Shown: positions 1 to 9,614 of the stretch, piece after piece | Layout: each line of letters opens with the position of its first letter | Position numbering within the stretch: position 1 is the stretch's first letter | Source of the DNA: an uncultured Erysipelotrichaceae bacterium | Lineage (GTDB): Bacteria > Bacillota_I > Bacilli_A > RF39 > UBA660 | Direction: 5' to 3' | Assembly (NCBI GenBank): GCA_902785135.1 | Contig: CACZXL010000005.1 | Location: 1,557-65,556, forward strand | DNA: 64,000 nt | Program-made: the position numbers and the translations under genes | The notes under the pieces: model-generated | Database searches by the model: none | Told to the model about the DNA's origin: nothing | What the model saw: the letters and a program-made list of their open reading frames with translations, nothing else

Positions 1-216
1 TCAATATCTATATGACCAGCACCAGATAAGTCCCATTTATTTGGCTCTGTTTTTTTATTTGATGATCTTTTTTGAATCAATAATCTTCCATTATTATTAA
101 TTAATGCAATTGCACTTATTCCATGACATATACCTTCTTTATGAGCAATAGATTTATTAATTCTTTCTCCTGTTTGTTTTCCGTCTTCAGTTAATACTTC
201 AACTAATTCATCCATA
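1..216 (-). CDS. Nudix-family hydrolase, N-terminal part (partial; runs off window start)
   Basis: Reverse-strand translation from ATG at 216..214 gives MDELVEVLTEDGKQTGERINKSIAHKEGICHGISAIALIN..., typical of Nudix/IDI-like hydrolases. No in-frame stop before position 1. Confidence 0.45.
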
Positions 217-321
217 ACATCAACCTCTATATAAATTATACCATAGATTTATGTATTTATTTTGTTTGTAATATTACTATTTTACGAATAATATAATAAA
301 AACACAATTTTATTTTAAATA

Positions 322-345
322 ACAAAAAATAGGCCCTTTCGGGCC
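322..345 (-). terminator. Rho-independent terminator ending the recG–small-ORF transcript
   Basis: GC-rich hairpin ggccctttcgggcc (332-345) followed on the minus strand by a T-run (plus 323-330 A-run). Confidence 0.5.
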
Positions 346-448
346 TTTCAGGGGGTTTGGTTACACTTTCAACTAGTTCGTGAAAGTGCTTACGTAACAT
401 ATACTGTTACGCTACAATAATAATATATTATTTTATAATGTTTGTCAA

Positions 449-640
449 TTACTTTTTAGAATTTATACTTCGATAGTTTACGACATTTATTACTAGTTCT
501 GATATCACTACAATTGTTAGAATTATACTTACAATTTGAAACTTATGTATGAATGAACTAAATAATATACATAATATACATATTAATAATGATATAAAGT
601 TTAAATATACTGAATACCAAAAATATTTTTTTTCTTTCAT
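449..640 (-). CDS. 63-aa two-TM small membrane protein, translationally coupled to recG
   Basis: ATG at 640 with an aggtga SD lying inside the recG 3' end, 8 nt after the recG stop. Hydrophobic sequence LLICILCILFSS / IILTIVVISELVI. Confidence 0.35.
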   Translation of the reverse strand: MKEKKYFWYSVYLNFISLLICILCILFSSFIHKFQIVSIILTIVVISELVINVVNYRSINSKK

Positions 641-648
641 CTAATCAC

Positions 649-2616
649 CTAATCCTTATTTATACTATCTTTTAATATTCCTTTTAATAAAGGATAATTA
701 TCAATTTCTTCTAATATTATACCAGAATCTTCTTTAGCTTTTAATAAAATATCATAATCTTTTGTCAAATTGGCAATTTTAAATTTCATATCACCATGTT
801 GTTTTGTTCCAAAAAGATCTCCTGATCCTCTTAGTTTAAAATCTTCTTCCGCTAGTACAAAACCATCTGATACTTCTTTCATTATATCTAATCTTTTAGT
901 TTCTCTATTTGTTACTAGAATACAATATGATTGTAAATCATTTCTTCCTACTCTACCTCTTAATTGATGAAGAGTAGCAAGTCCAAATTTATATGCATCA
1001 AATATTACAATCATAGTGGCATTTTTAACATCTACTCCTACTTCTATTACAGTTGTAGATATTAAAATATCTATTTCTTTATTTTGATACTTTTTCATTA
1101 TATCATCTTTTTCAGATGGTGTCATCTTACCATGCATTATACCTATATTTTTATTTTTAAAAGCTAGTTTAAATTTTCTTTCTAGTTTGATTATATCTTC
1201 ATCATCTGATTCGTCATTTTCTATTAATGGTGAAACTATATATACTTGATGACCTAGATCAAGTTCATTTTTTATTTTTGTTAGAACATCAGTTATTTCA
1301 CTATTATCCTTTACTAGAGTTATTATCTCTTTTCTTCCTTGAGGTTTACTTCTAATAATAGATATATCCATATCACCATAAATAGTTAATGCATATGTTC
1401 TTGGGATAGGTGTTGCGGATAAATATAAAACATCTGGTAGATTACCTTTATTTCTTAAATTAGTTCTTTGATTAACACCAAATCTATGTTGTTCATCTGT
1501 TATGACTAATCCTAAGTTATTAAACTCTATTTGCTCCTGTAATAAAGCATGAGTACCAATAATCATATCTATTTTACCTTGTTTTAGTTCTTCATATATT
1601 ACTTCTTTTTCTTTTTTAGGAGTACTACCTAGTATTTCTTTAATATTAATATCATAATCTTTAAATAGTTTTATCATGTTTTCATAATGTTGATGCGCTA
1701 AGATTTCAGTTGGGGCCATTAAGGCACTTTGATAATTATTAAGATGCATTGCGTACATACTGATTATCGCAACAATAGTTTTACCTGAACCTACATCACC
1801 TTGTACTAATCTATTCATTCTTTTTTCTGATTTTAAATCATCAAATATTTCATCTAGTGTTATTTCTTGATCTTCTGTTAAAGAAAAAGGTAATGTTTTA
1901 ATAAATGATTGTATTTTATCTAAATCTATATTTTTAGAATAACCAATATTTTTAATATTATTCTTATTCTTTAATTCATTTATTTTTAACATAAATAAAA
2001 ATAATTCTTCATATTTAGATCTTATTAAAGCTTCTTTTAACTTTATATTATTAGATGGATTATGTATTAGATTTAATGCATCTTTTTTTGACATAAAATG
2101 ATATTTATCAGTTATTTGATTAGGTATATAATCTATCACATATCCTGCTTGTAAAGCTAGATTAATATACTTATTTAGATTCTTATCAGTTAATCCTTTA
2201 ACTTTATGATATATAGGATTAATATTTGTTTTATCACCTATATCTTCTAATTTAATATCTGATGCATTAAATGTATTTTTTTCTTTATCATATTTTCCAA
2301 TAATAGTTATTGTTTTTCCTATAACTAAATTGTTTTTTAAATATCCTCTATTAAAAATAGTTACATTTATTAAATAATCATTAATATTTATTTTAAAGTT
2401 TAATCTGTTTTTACTTTTTCCAAAATAACTTATTGTAGGTGTACTTTCTATTTTACCAGTTACTACTGAGTGTTCATCTTCTAAACTAGTCTTTTTTAAT
2501 ATTTCATATCTATATGGATAGTAAGTAATTAAATCTTCAACAGAATAAATATCTAGTTTATTTAGTTTAGAAACTGTTGAATTACCAATACCTTTTATAA
2601 ACTCAAGTTCACTCAT
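649..2616 (-). CDS. recG: ATP-dependent DNA helicase RecG
   Basis: Helicase motifs GDVGSGKT (Walker A) and DEQHRFG (DEAH-type), and C-terminal RGRVGR. The ORF-track start at 2637 is TTG; ATG at 2616 (MSELEFIKG) has an aggtga SD. Confidence 0.9.
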   Translation of the reverse strand: MSELEFIKGIGNSTVSKLNKLDIYSVEDLITYYPYRYEILKKTSLEDEHSVVTGKIESTPTISYFGKSKNRLNFKININDYLINVTIFNRGYLKNNLVIGKTITIIGKYDKEKNTFNASDIKLEDIGDKTNINPIYHKVKGLTDKNLNKYINLALQAGYVIDYIPNQITDKYHFMSKKDALNLIHNPSNNIKLKEALIRSKYEELFLFMLKINELKNKNNIKNIGYSKNIDLDKIQSFIKTLPFSLTEDQEITLDEIFDDLKSEKRMNRLVQGDVGSGKTIVAIISMYAMHLNNYQSALMAPTEILAHQHYENMIKLFKDYDINIKEILGSTPKKEKEVIYEELKQGKIDMIIGTHALLQEQIEFNNLGLVITDEQHRFGVNQRTNLRNKGNLPDVLYLSATPIPRTYALTIYGDMDISIIRSKPQGRKEIITLVKDNSEITDVLTKIKNELDLGHQVYIVSPLIENDESDDEDIIKLERKFKLAFKNKNIGIMHGKMTPSEKDDIMKKYQNKEIDILISTTVIEVGVDVKNATMIVIFDAYKFGLATLHQLRGRVGRNDLQSYCILVTNRETKRLDIMKEVSDGFVLAEEDFKLRGSGDLFGTKQHGDMKFKIANLTKDYDILLKAKEDSGIILEEIDNYPLLKGILKDSINKD

Positions 2617-2715
2617 AAATTCACCTACTTTTCTCAAAATAATTATAACATATTATCACAAAAAGAACAAACGTTTGATTATGTTGAAATATTTAATTTT
2701 TATTCATAAAAACCA

Positions 2716-2743
2716 TTGACAAAAAATAAAAAATAAGTAATAT
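2716..2743 (+). promoter_or_regulatory. Sigma-A-like promoter (TTGACA-16-TAATAT) with no downstream plus-strand gene
   Basis: ttgaca at 2716-2721, 16-nt spacer, taatat at 2738-2743. Confidence 0.4.
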
Positions 2744-2749
2744 ATTAAC

Positions 2750-2859
2750 TACCAATTCCCAAATGGCGAATTGGCTGCTAGTATCACACTAGCCAACCCC
2801 TTTTTATTCTTTTTTATGGAACTGTTCTTCAGGGGGGCAGTTCCAATTTTTTTGTATTT
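2750..2859 (+). ncRNA. Candidate orphan small RNA (promoter + stacked intrinsic terminators)
   Basis: Predicted TSS ~2750. Hairpins ccaattc..gaattgg and ttggctgctagt/actagccaa followed by cccctttttattctttttt (2797-2815). Second hairpin ggaactg..cagttcc + aatttttttg (2818-2859). GC-enriched, with no SD-preceded ORF. Confidence 0.3.
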
Positions 2860-2860
2860 A

Positions 2861-2889
2861 AAAAGAACTTATTATAAGTTCTTTTTTTA
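2861..2889. terminator. Bidirectional terminator (serves the TIR-domain gene on the minus strand)
   Basis: aaaaagaacttattataagttcttttttt: hairpin flanked by an A-run and a T-run. Confidence 0.5.
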
Positions 2890-5244
2890 TTTTAAATAAT
2901 CTTTAGCTTGTTTTAATAGATCATCTAAAGTATATATAGGAAGTGAATAATATTTACTATTATGTGTTACTATAACTTTATCTTTATTAACTTCATATAA
3001 ACCTTGTATATGACCTACTTTATTATAATCTTTATCTATAATATAAGCATCTGTCATATTACCTATATATATTCTTTCATATTTATCTTTTCCATAGTAA
3101 TGACTTGGATCATTTATATCATTAATAGTATTAATTAATTTCTTTTCTTTTATATCATATATCGCAAGTGAATCATCAGTATACGCTACAAATAAAAGAT
3201 CTTTTTTAGTACTATAAAACATTCTTGAAACTAAGTTCTTATTTTTTATATTATACTTTTTCTTTAATACTTTTACATCATTTATCATGATTGATTCATC
3301 TTTTACATAACCTGATTTTATTTGTACTTCTTTTATATTCTTATTAGAGTTTTCTTCATAGTATATTACTCTATTTTCATTATTAGGTACTAATAAGAAA
3401 CCTTTATCATTTTTAGTTACTATATTATAGTTATTTAAATTAAATTCATATTTACCTATATATTCTATATTTTTATTTGTTTCCATATTTATGAAATTAA
3501 CATTACCTTTATTTGTAAAAACTACATATATTTCTTTATCTAAATTAGAATATATTTCTATTATTTCACTTTTTGTATCAAATGTACCTTTTGAATTACC
3601 ATTAGATGCATCAATAACATTTACTTTATTGTTAGTTACAACTGCAATATCATTAGTGCCTTCTGCATATGATTTAGTAAACATCTTACCCCAAGAACCA
3701 TCATAAGATTTAGTCCAATTTAAATTATTATCTATATAATTATAAGACGCTACTATCATATTAAAATCCGAATTAAAAGTTCTGTTTAAAAGCATATATA
3801 AATTATTATCTTTAGTAAACATTCCACTTATATAACCAGCATTTAATTCTATATTATTTATTTCTTTTAAAGAATTAACTTCAAATACATGAACAGTTAA
3901 ATATTCTTCTTTATTTAGAGAAAAAGTAGAATCTATTGAACTCGCAAATAAATATTTTTCATCATTAGAAAAATACATTTCTTTCATCATATTTTTATCT
4001 GTTTTATAAGTACCTACTATCTTATCATCTTTAATATTATATATACTTAAGTTTTTATTATTTATTAAAACTAAATAATTATCTATACCTCTAATAGAAA
4101 TAAATGAAAGATCATCTTTTTTTATTTCTTTTACTTTTTTACCATCTTTAATATTAACTATATTAACATTACCATTCTTATTAATATACGCAAATAAATC
4201 ATTACCCATAAAAGTAAAAGAATATTTATCAAAAGATATACCTGAAATATCATTAAAAGTATATAGTTTTTCTAACTTATTAGAATCCCAAATAGTTAAT
4301 TCTTCTGATTCATCATATATCGCAAGTAATTTACCATTCTTATTATTTTTAATATAGTCTATAACACCTTTAGTTTTTATTTCAGAAATAGCTTTATAAG
4401 AGAATCCTGCATTATATACTCCTAAACTTTCTGATAATGCATATTCAGCATCTGATGTATATGGCATTTTAACACCATCAAAATTAGTAAGTGCTTGATA
4501 TGCATATTTAATGCCATCATGTCTACTATCTCTTTTTAGTGCTTTAGATGATTTTTCTGATAGTGTAATAGCTTGATGTCTCTTTAATATTTTTTGTTGA
4601 CTATTTATTTTTATAAGCATTATAGAAGTATATAACGCAAATAATAAACATGCACACGCAACAATAGAAGAAGTAATAATCATTTTTCTTTGTTCTTGTA
4701 CTTTATGTCTTTGTTTTAAATCATCATAATCTAAATTATACATTGGTGCGATTAATCTTAATTTTTCTGATCTTATCTTCTTTAATACTTCTTTTTTAGT
4801 TTCTCCTCTTACATCTGCCGCAAGTGGCTCTACTAAAGTTTTACCATCATCATCTACTAATACTTCTTTAGGGAAAGACTCATCTGGTTCTCCTTCTATT
4901 AATACACAAAATATATTTTTTCTTCCTCTTATTTTTTTAAAAGTTTCTATTTCCTTTTTACACCACATAGAATCTTTTAATCTAGGTGAACATATTACTA
5001 TTAAATATTTTGTATTATTTAAAGCATCTACTATAGGATCTTCTAAATTACTTGATAATGGTAATTCATCTTGATCTCTGAATACTCTTTTTATAGTTCT
5101 TCCTTCTATATTTAATTTTTCTTTTATATTCTTAGGAAGTTCATAACTTTCTAAGGTCTTATGTAAATTTTCCGCAACGAACTTATCTAAGTCACAATGT
5201 CTATAACTTATAAAAGCATCATACTTATACTCTTTAGTTTTCAA
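2887..5244 (-). CDS. TIR-domain transmembrane protein: N-terminal TIR, one TM helix, ~570-aa extracellular beta-propeller-like repeat region
   Basis: N-terminus KYDAFISYRHCD ... SMWCKKEIETF, a TIR with the SxWCxxE catalytic-glutamate motif. TM helix IITSSIVACACLLFALYTSIMLI at aa ~186-210. C-terminal N/K/D/Y-rich repeated strand patterns (LAIYDESEELTIWD, LSIYNIKDDKIVGTY, LAIYDIKEKKLINTI). TTG start with aagaggtg SD. Confidence 0.75.
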   Translation of the reverse strand: MKTKEYKYDAFISYRHCDLDKFVAENLHKTLESYELPKNIKEKLNIEGRTIKRVFRDQDELPLSSNLEDPIVDALNNTKYLIVICSPRLKDSMWCKKEIETFKKIRGRKNIFCVLIEGEPDESFPKEVLVDDDGKTLVEPLAADVRGETKKEVLKKIRSEKLRLIAPMYNLDYDDLKQRHKVQEQRKMIITSSIVACACLLFALYTSIMLIKINSQQKILKRHQAITLSEKSSKALKRDSRHDGIKYAYQALTNFDGVKMPYTSDAEYALSESLGVYNAGFSYKAISEIKTKGVIDYIKNNKNGKLLAIYDESEELTIWDSNKLEKLYTFNDISGISFDKYSFTFMGNDLFAYINKNGNVNIVNIKDGKKVKEIKKDDLSFISIRGIDNYLVLINNKNLSIYNIKDDKIVGTYKTDKNMMKEMYFSNDEKYLFASSIDSTFSLNKEEYLTVHVFEVNSLKEINNIELNAGYISGMFTKDNNLYMLLNRTFNSDFNMIVASYNYIDNNLNWTKSYDGSWGKMFTKSYAEGTNDIAVVTNNKVNVIDASNGNSKGTFDTKSEIIEIYSNLDKEIYVVFTNKGNVNFINMETNKNIEYIGKYEFNLNNYNIVTKNDKGFLLVPNNENRVIYYEENSNKNIKEVQIKSGYVKDESIMINDVKVLKKKYNIKNKNLVSRMFYSTKKDLLFVAYTDDSLAIYDIKEKKLINTINDINDPSHYYGKDKYERIYIGNMTDAYIIDKDYNKVGHIQGLYEVNKDKVIVTHNSKYYSLPIYTLDDLLKQAKDYLK

Positions 5245-5277
5245 AATAACACCTCTTATATATTATAAATCACTTGA

Positions 5278-8200
5278 CTATTTTTCAAGTGATTTATAAT
5301 ATTCAAATCTTTCTTTTGCAGCTTCTAAATTATCATTTAATAATTCTTTAGCGTGTTCTAAATTAACTGCGCTTATCATTTTATATCTAGTTTCATTCGC
5401 TAAGAATTGTCCATATAAATTAAAATCTGGTTCTTTATAATCTAAAGTAAAATCTTTTGTTACTCCATTATATCTAAATATAGGGAAATAGCCTGATTTA
5501 ACAGCTAATTCTTCTTCTTTCATAGAATTACCCATTCCACCCTTAATACCATGGTTAATACATGGAGCATATGCAATTATAAGAGATGGGCCATCATGAT
5601 TTTTTGCTTCATTAATAGCTTTAATAGCTTGATTCATATTAGCACCCATACTTATTTGAGATATTGTTACATTTGAATATTGCATCATCATTCTCGCTAA
5701 ATCTTTTTTAGATGTAGATTTACCTAAAGAAGCAAACTTCGCAACTGCGCCTTTTCTAGTACTCTTAGATGATTGACCACCAGTATTAGAATATACTTCA
5801 GTATCTAGAACTAATACATTAACATTTTGATTTGTACTCATTATATGATCAAGTCCTCCAAAACCTATATCATAACTCCAACCATCTCCTCCTAAAATCC
5901 AAACTGATTTAGTAGGAATATAATCTTTTATTACTTCTAGATCTGGAACTTCTTTATAATCTATTTCTTCAGATACTTCTTTAGTTATCTTATAATTATC
6001 TTTATTATTTAACCAGTTATTAAATAATTCTTTATTTTTATCTGATACTTTATCCATATTATCAGTCATAATCTTCTCTATTTTATCTTTCATAATAGAT
6101 ACTGTTAAACTCATACCATAACCATATTCTGCATTATCTTCAAATAATGAATTAGACCAACTTATATTATATGGGCTACTTGGCATAGAACCACCATATA
6201 TAGATGAACAACCAGTAGCATTAGCGATAATCATTCCTTCACCTACTATTTGAGTAAGCATCTTAACATATGGTGTTTCTCCGCATCCCGCACAAGCACC
6301 TGAATACTTAAATAATGGTTTATTAAACGCTAATCCTTTAACTATTGTTTCAGGATATAAATGCTTATTTGTAGCTTTTATTTTGTTATTTATTCTTTCT
6401 GTTTCTTCATTTTTAGTCATAGTAATAGCATTACCTAAACATACTGAAGTACATACAGAACAACCTGTACAATCATCATAACTAAATTCTAATGCAAATT
6501 TAAGATCTGGTTTACCTGGAACATCAATTGTTTTAATCCCTGGATTATTCTTTAATTCTTCCTCGTTAAGTATTCGTGGTCTTATTACTCCATGTGGACA
6601 AGCCATAACACATTGATTACAACTTATACATTTTTCAGTATTCCAACATGGTAACATTTCTGCGATATTTCTTTTTTCAAATTTTGAAGTATTAACTTCA
6701 AAAGTACCATCATCATGAGTAATAAAATCACTTACTTTTAATGAATCTCCTTTTAAATGAGATATACTATCTAAAACACCATTATATTTAACTTCTTTAT
6801 ATTTAATATCAGACCAAGATTCAGGCACTTCTATTTCTTTAATAGCTTCTTCAACATTACTAATTGCATTGATATTATTATTAACAATTTCTTCTCCCTT
6901 TTTAGAGAACTTCTTATCAATACTTTCTTTCATCTTTTCTGTCGCTAAATCATATGGAAGTATCTTAGTAATCTTAAATATAGCATTTTCCATAATAGTA
7001 CTAATCTTATTAGGTATATTATTATCTCTTGCTATTTTATGAGCATCTATTATATAGAATCTTAATTCTTTACTCTTTATTTGATATTTAACATTATCAG
7101 GTAATTCATCTATAGATTTAGATGTATTAAGTATAAAAATACCATTCTTTCTAATATTAGATAACATATCATATTTATCTAAATATGAATCTTTAGAACA
7201 TACTACTATATGAGGTGTTTCTACATAATAACTAGATCTAATAGGTTCTTTACCTATTCTTAAATGAGACATAGTTACTCCACCAGATTTTTTAGAATCA
7301 TATTGGTTATAACCTTGTACAAATCCATTAGTATTATCTCCTACTAAAGTAATAATATCTTTAGTAGCAGTTACCATTCCATCTGATCCATATCCATAAA
7401 CTAACATTTCTATATTTTTACTTTTAATCTTTATTTCTTTTCTATCTAAACTATTATTAGTAACGTCATCTACTATACCTATTGTAAAGTTATCTTTCAT
7501 ATCAGTATCTAAATTATCATATACTGCATATATATCTTCTGGCATAGTATTCTTAGAAGATAAACCATATCTACCACCGATAACCTTAATATCTAAATCA
7601 CTAACAGCATTAACAACATCTAGATATAAAGGCTCTCTTCCACCTGATTCTTTTGTTCTATCTAATACCGCAATCTTCTTAACTGATTTAGGTAACACTT
7701 TCTTAAAATAATCTACAGAGAAAGGTCTATATAATCTAACAATAATTAAACCTATTTTTTCATCTGATTTTTCATCTACTACTTCTTTAATTGTGTCACA
7801 AACAGAACCCATCGCTACAATTATTTTTTCAGGTTTTTCAGGTCCATAATAATCAAAAGGATGATAATCAGTATTAAACTTTTTATTTATCTTTTCCATA
7901 GTCTTATTAACTATATCAGGCATTTCATTATAATATTTATTTCTAGCTTCTATATTTTGAAAATAAACATCATCATTTTGAGTTGTACCTTTAATTTGTT
8001 TTTTAGCTAAACTAGAGTTCTTTCTAAATTCATCTATTAATTTATAATCTACTAGGTCTTTAATATCTTCCATTTCAAGTACATTTATTTTAGATAATTC
8101 ATGACTTGTTCTAAAGCCATCAAAGAAATTAACAAAAGGAATTTTTCCTTCAAATGTACTTAAATACGAAACTAAAGTCATATAAATAACATCTTGCGCA

Positions 8201-8628
8201 TTTACTGAACTCATCATTGAATAACCTGTACTTCTAACTGAATATACATCAGAATGATCTCCAAATATACTTAATGAATGAGTTGAAACTGTTCTTGCCG
8301 CAACGTTAATAACACTAGGTAATAACTCACCTGCAATCTTATACATTTCTGGAATCATTAATAATAATCCTTGAGATGCTGTATAAGTACTTGCAACTAA
8401 TCCTGTTTGAAGTAGTCCATGTACTGTTCCTATAGCACCAGCTTCAGATTGCATTTCTACTACTTTAACATTTGATCCATATAAATTCTTAGTATCTTTA
8501 CTAGCCCATTCATCTATTTTTTCAGCCATTGTAGATGCTGGAGTAATTGGATAAATTGCTGCTGCATCAGAAAACATATATGATATATGTGCAGCTGCAC
8601 TATTTCCATCCATAACTTTATATTTCAT
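5278..8628 (-). CDS. nifJ: Pyruvate:ferredoxin (flavodoxin) oxidoreductase
   Basis: ~1117 aa. Two 4Fe-4S ferredoxin motifs (CISCNQCVMACP, CTGCSVCTSVC) and a TPP-binding GDGW region. ATG at 8628 (MKYKVMDGN) with aggtga SD; the ORF-track start at 8637 is GTG. Confidence 0.9.
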   Translation of the reverse strand: MKYKVMDGNSAAAHISYMFSDAAAIYPITPASTMAEKIDEWASKDTKNLYGSNVKVVEMQSEAGAIGTVHGLLQTGLVASTYTASQGLLLMIPEMYKIAGELLPSVINVAARTVSTHSLSIFGDHSDVYSVRSTGYSMMSSVNAQDVIYMTLVSYLSTFEGKIPFVNFFDGFRTSHELSKINVLEMEDIKDLVDYKLIDEFRKNSSLAKKQIKGTTQNDDVYFQNIEARNKYYNEMPDIVNKTMEKINKKFNTDYHPFDYYGPEKPEKIIVAMGSVCDTIKEVVDEKSDEKIGLIIVRLYRPFSVDYFKKVLPKSVKKIAVLDRTKESGGREPLYLDVVNAVSDLDIKVIGGRYGLSSKNTMPEDIYAVYDNLDTDMKDNFTIGIVDDVTNNSLDRKEIKIKSKNIEMLVYGYGSDGMVTATKDIITLVGDNTNGFVQGYNQYDSKKSGGVTMSHLRIGKEPIRSSYYVETPHIVVCSKDSYLDKYDMLSNIRKNGIFILNTSKSIDELPDNVKYQIKSKELRFYIIDAHKIARDNNIPNKISTIMENAIFKITKILPYDLATEKMKESIDKKFSKKGEEIVNNNINAISNVEEAIKEIEVPESWSDIKYKEVKYNGVLDSISHLKGDSLKVSDFITHDDGTFEVNTSKFEKRNIAEMLPCWNTEKCISCNQCVMACPHGVIRPRILNEEELKNNPGIKTIDVPGKPDLKFALEFSYDDCTGCSVCTSVCLGNAITMTKNEETERINNKIKATNKHLYPETIVKGLAFNKPLFKYSGACAGCGETPYVKMLTQIVGEGMIIANATGCSSIYGGSMPSSPYNISWSNSLFEDNAEYGYGMSLTVSIMKDKIEKIMTDNMDKVSDKNKELFNNWLNNKDNYKITKEVSEEIDYKEVPDLEVIKDYIPTKSVWILGGDGWSYDIGFGGLDHIMSTNQNVNVLVLDTEVYSNTGGQSSKSTRKGAVAKFASLGKSTSKKDLARMMMQYSNVTISQISMGANMNQAIKAINEAKNHDGPSLIIAYAPCINHGIKGGMGNSMKEEELAVKSGYFPIFRYNGVTKDFTLDYKEPDFNLYGQFLANETRYKMISAVNLEHAKELLNDNLEAAKERFEYYKSLEK

Positions 8629-8654
8629 TATAATCACCTATTAAAATTATATCA

Positions 8655-8684
8655 CAAAAAAGATGAATATTATACTATTCATCT
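8655..8684 (-). terminator. Intrinsic terminator after the 8722..9483 gene
   Basis: Hairpin agatgaatattatactattcatct followed by a T-run on the minus strand. Confidence 0.45.
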
Positions 8685-8721
8685 TTATTTTCTATTAACT
8701 GATTTAGAATATAGTTTTTTA

Positions 8722-9483
8722 TTACTTAAGTTGTTTACAATAAACATTTTCTACTGTTAATAATTCTTTTTCAGTATATTTACCATCTTTAAATGTAATC
8801 ATTTTTTGTTTTAAAGTTTGATTATATTCATCGCCTTCTGATCCAGGTAAACATTTGTATACAATCATTTCATTACTACTAATTACTTGATCAATTTCTT
8901 CAAAAGTACCTCTTGCATTTTTATTATCATTAGTATTTCTTGTAAAACTCTTAGAATCTCCTATTTCTTCTACTTTATTAAAATTACTATCATAAAGAGT
9001 AACTATTCCTCCCATTGCTGTCCCAGAAGTATTAATAACTACATATTTTCCATCCATTACTGCTATATAATGTACATAACCAACTTCAATCTTAGTATCA
9101 TTAAAATAAAGATTAGATGCAAAAGTATTAGTATTAATATCATGTATATCTTCATATTTAACATTATACTTCTTTCCATCAATAGTTAATGTACCTAAAT
9201 CATATGTACCACCATCTTCTTTAACATATTTATCTACATTAATTAAATAAGTTGATTTATCTTCACTTACATTAACTGATGTATTATCATTCTTTTTTGA
9301 TGCTTTTTTAGTATCAGTTTTTTTATCAGAAATAGTAGTATCAGTTGTCTTTTTGCTAAAAGTATTTATATTAAAAATACCTAAAAAGCTAAGTACTGCT
9401 ACCATTCCTAGTAATAATACTAAGATAATTAAAAAAATAGTTAATCCTTTTCCTTTCTTTTTTTCAATTACATTATTTTCCAT
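8722..9483 (-). CDS. Membrane-anchored (N-terminal TM) extracellular protein of unknown function; paralog of 38267..38947
   Basis: ATG at 9483 (MENNVIEKKKGKGLTIFLIILVLLLGMVAV) with aaaatagaggtgaa SD; the ORF-track start at 9546 is GTG. K/T-rich linker, then a domain alignable to the 38267 protein (GKKYNVKY.. / IAVMDGKYVVINTSG). Confidence 0.6.
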   Translation of the reverse strand: MENNVIEKKKGKGLTIFLIILVLLLGMVAVLSFLGIFNINTFSKKTTDTTISDKKTDTKKASKKNDNTSVNVSEDKSTYLINVDKYVKEDGGTYDLGTLTIDGKKYNVKYEDIHDINTNTFASNLYFNDTKIEVGYVHYIAVMDGKYVVINTSGTAMGGIVTLYDSNFNKVEEIGDSKSFTRNTNDNKNARGTFEEIDQVISSNEMIVYKCLPGSEGDEYNQTLKQKMITFKDGKYTEKELLTVENVYCKQLK

Positions 9484-9614
9484 TTTATTCACCTCTATTT
9501 TAAGTATAGATTTAGAAACAAGAATTGTCAAAGTGATTTTTTTCACATTGTAAATTACTAGTAAACATTAATTGAAACTATTTCTAAATTTGATATAATT
9601 AAATTGGTGATAAT

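Noticed and set aside
770-967. Plus-strand ORFs embedded antisense within long minus-strand genes (770..967, 3491..3706, 8887..9189, 9353..9553, 10663..10908, 14442..14720, 19815..20015, 21397..21669, 22989..23295, 23387..23683, 33818..34249, 35538..35732, 38589..38996, 39407..39727, 40308..40508, 41090..41305, 43469..43762, 45576..45776, 47861..48055, 49816..50043, 53229..53474, 54538..54783, 56227..56421, 61666..61851, 29923..30114, 13292..13486)
   Set aside because: All lie inside or opposite well-supported genes. They have low-complexity AT-codon composition (L/I/F/S/N-rich) and no SD, and are typical spurious antisense ORFs of a 25% GC genome.
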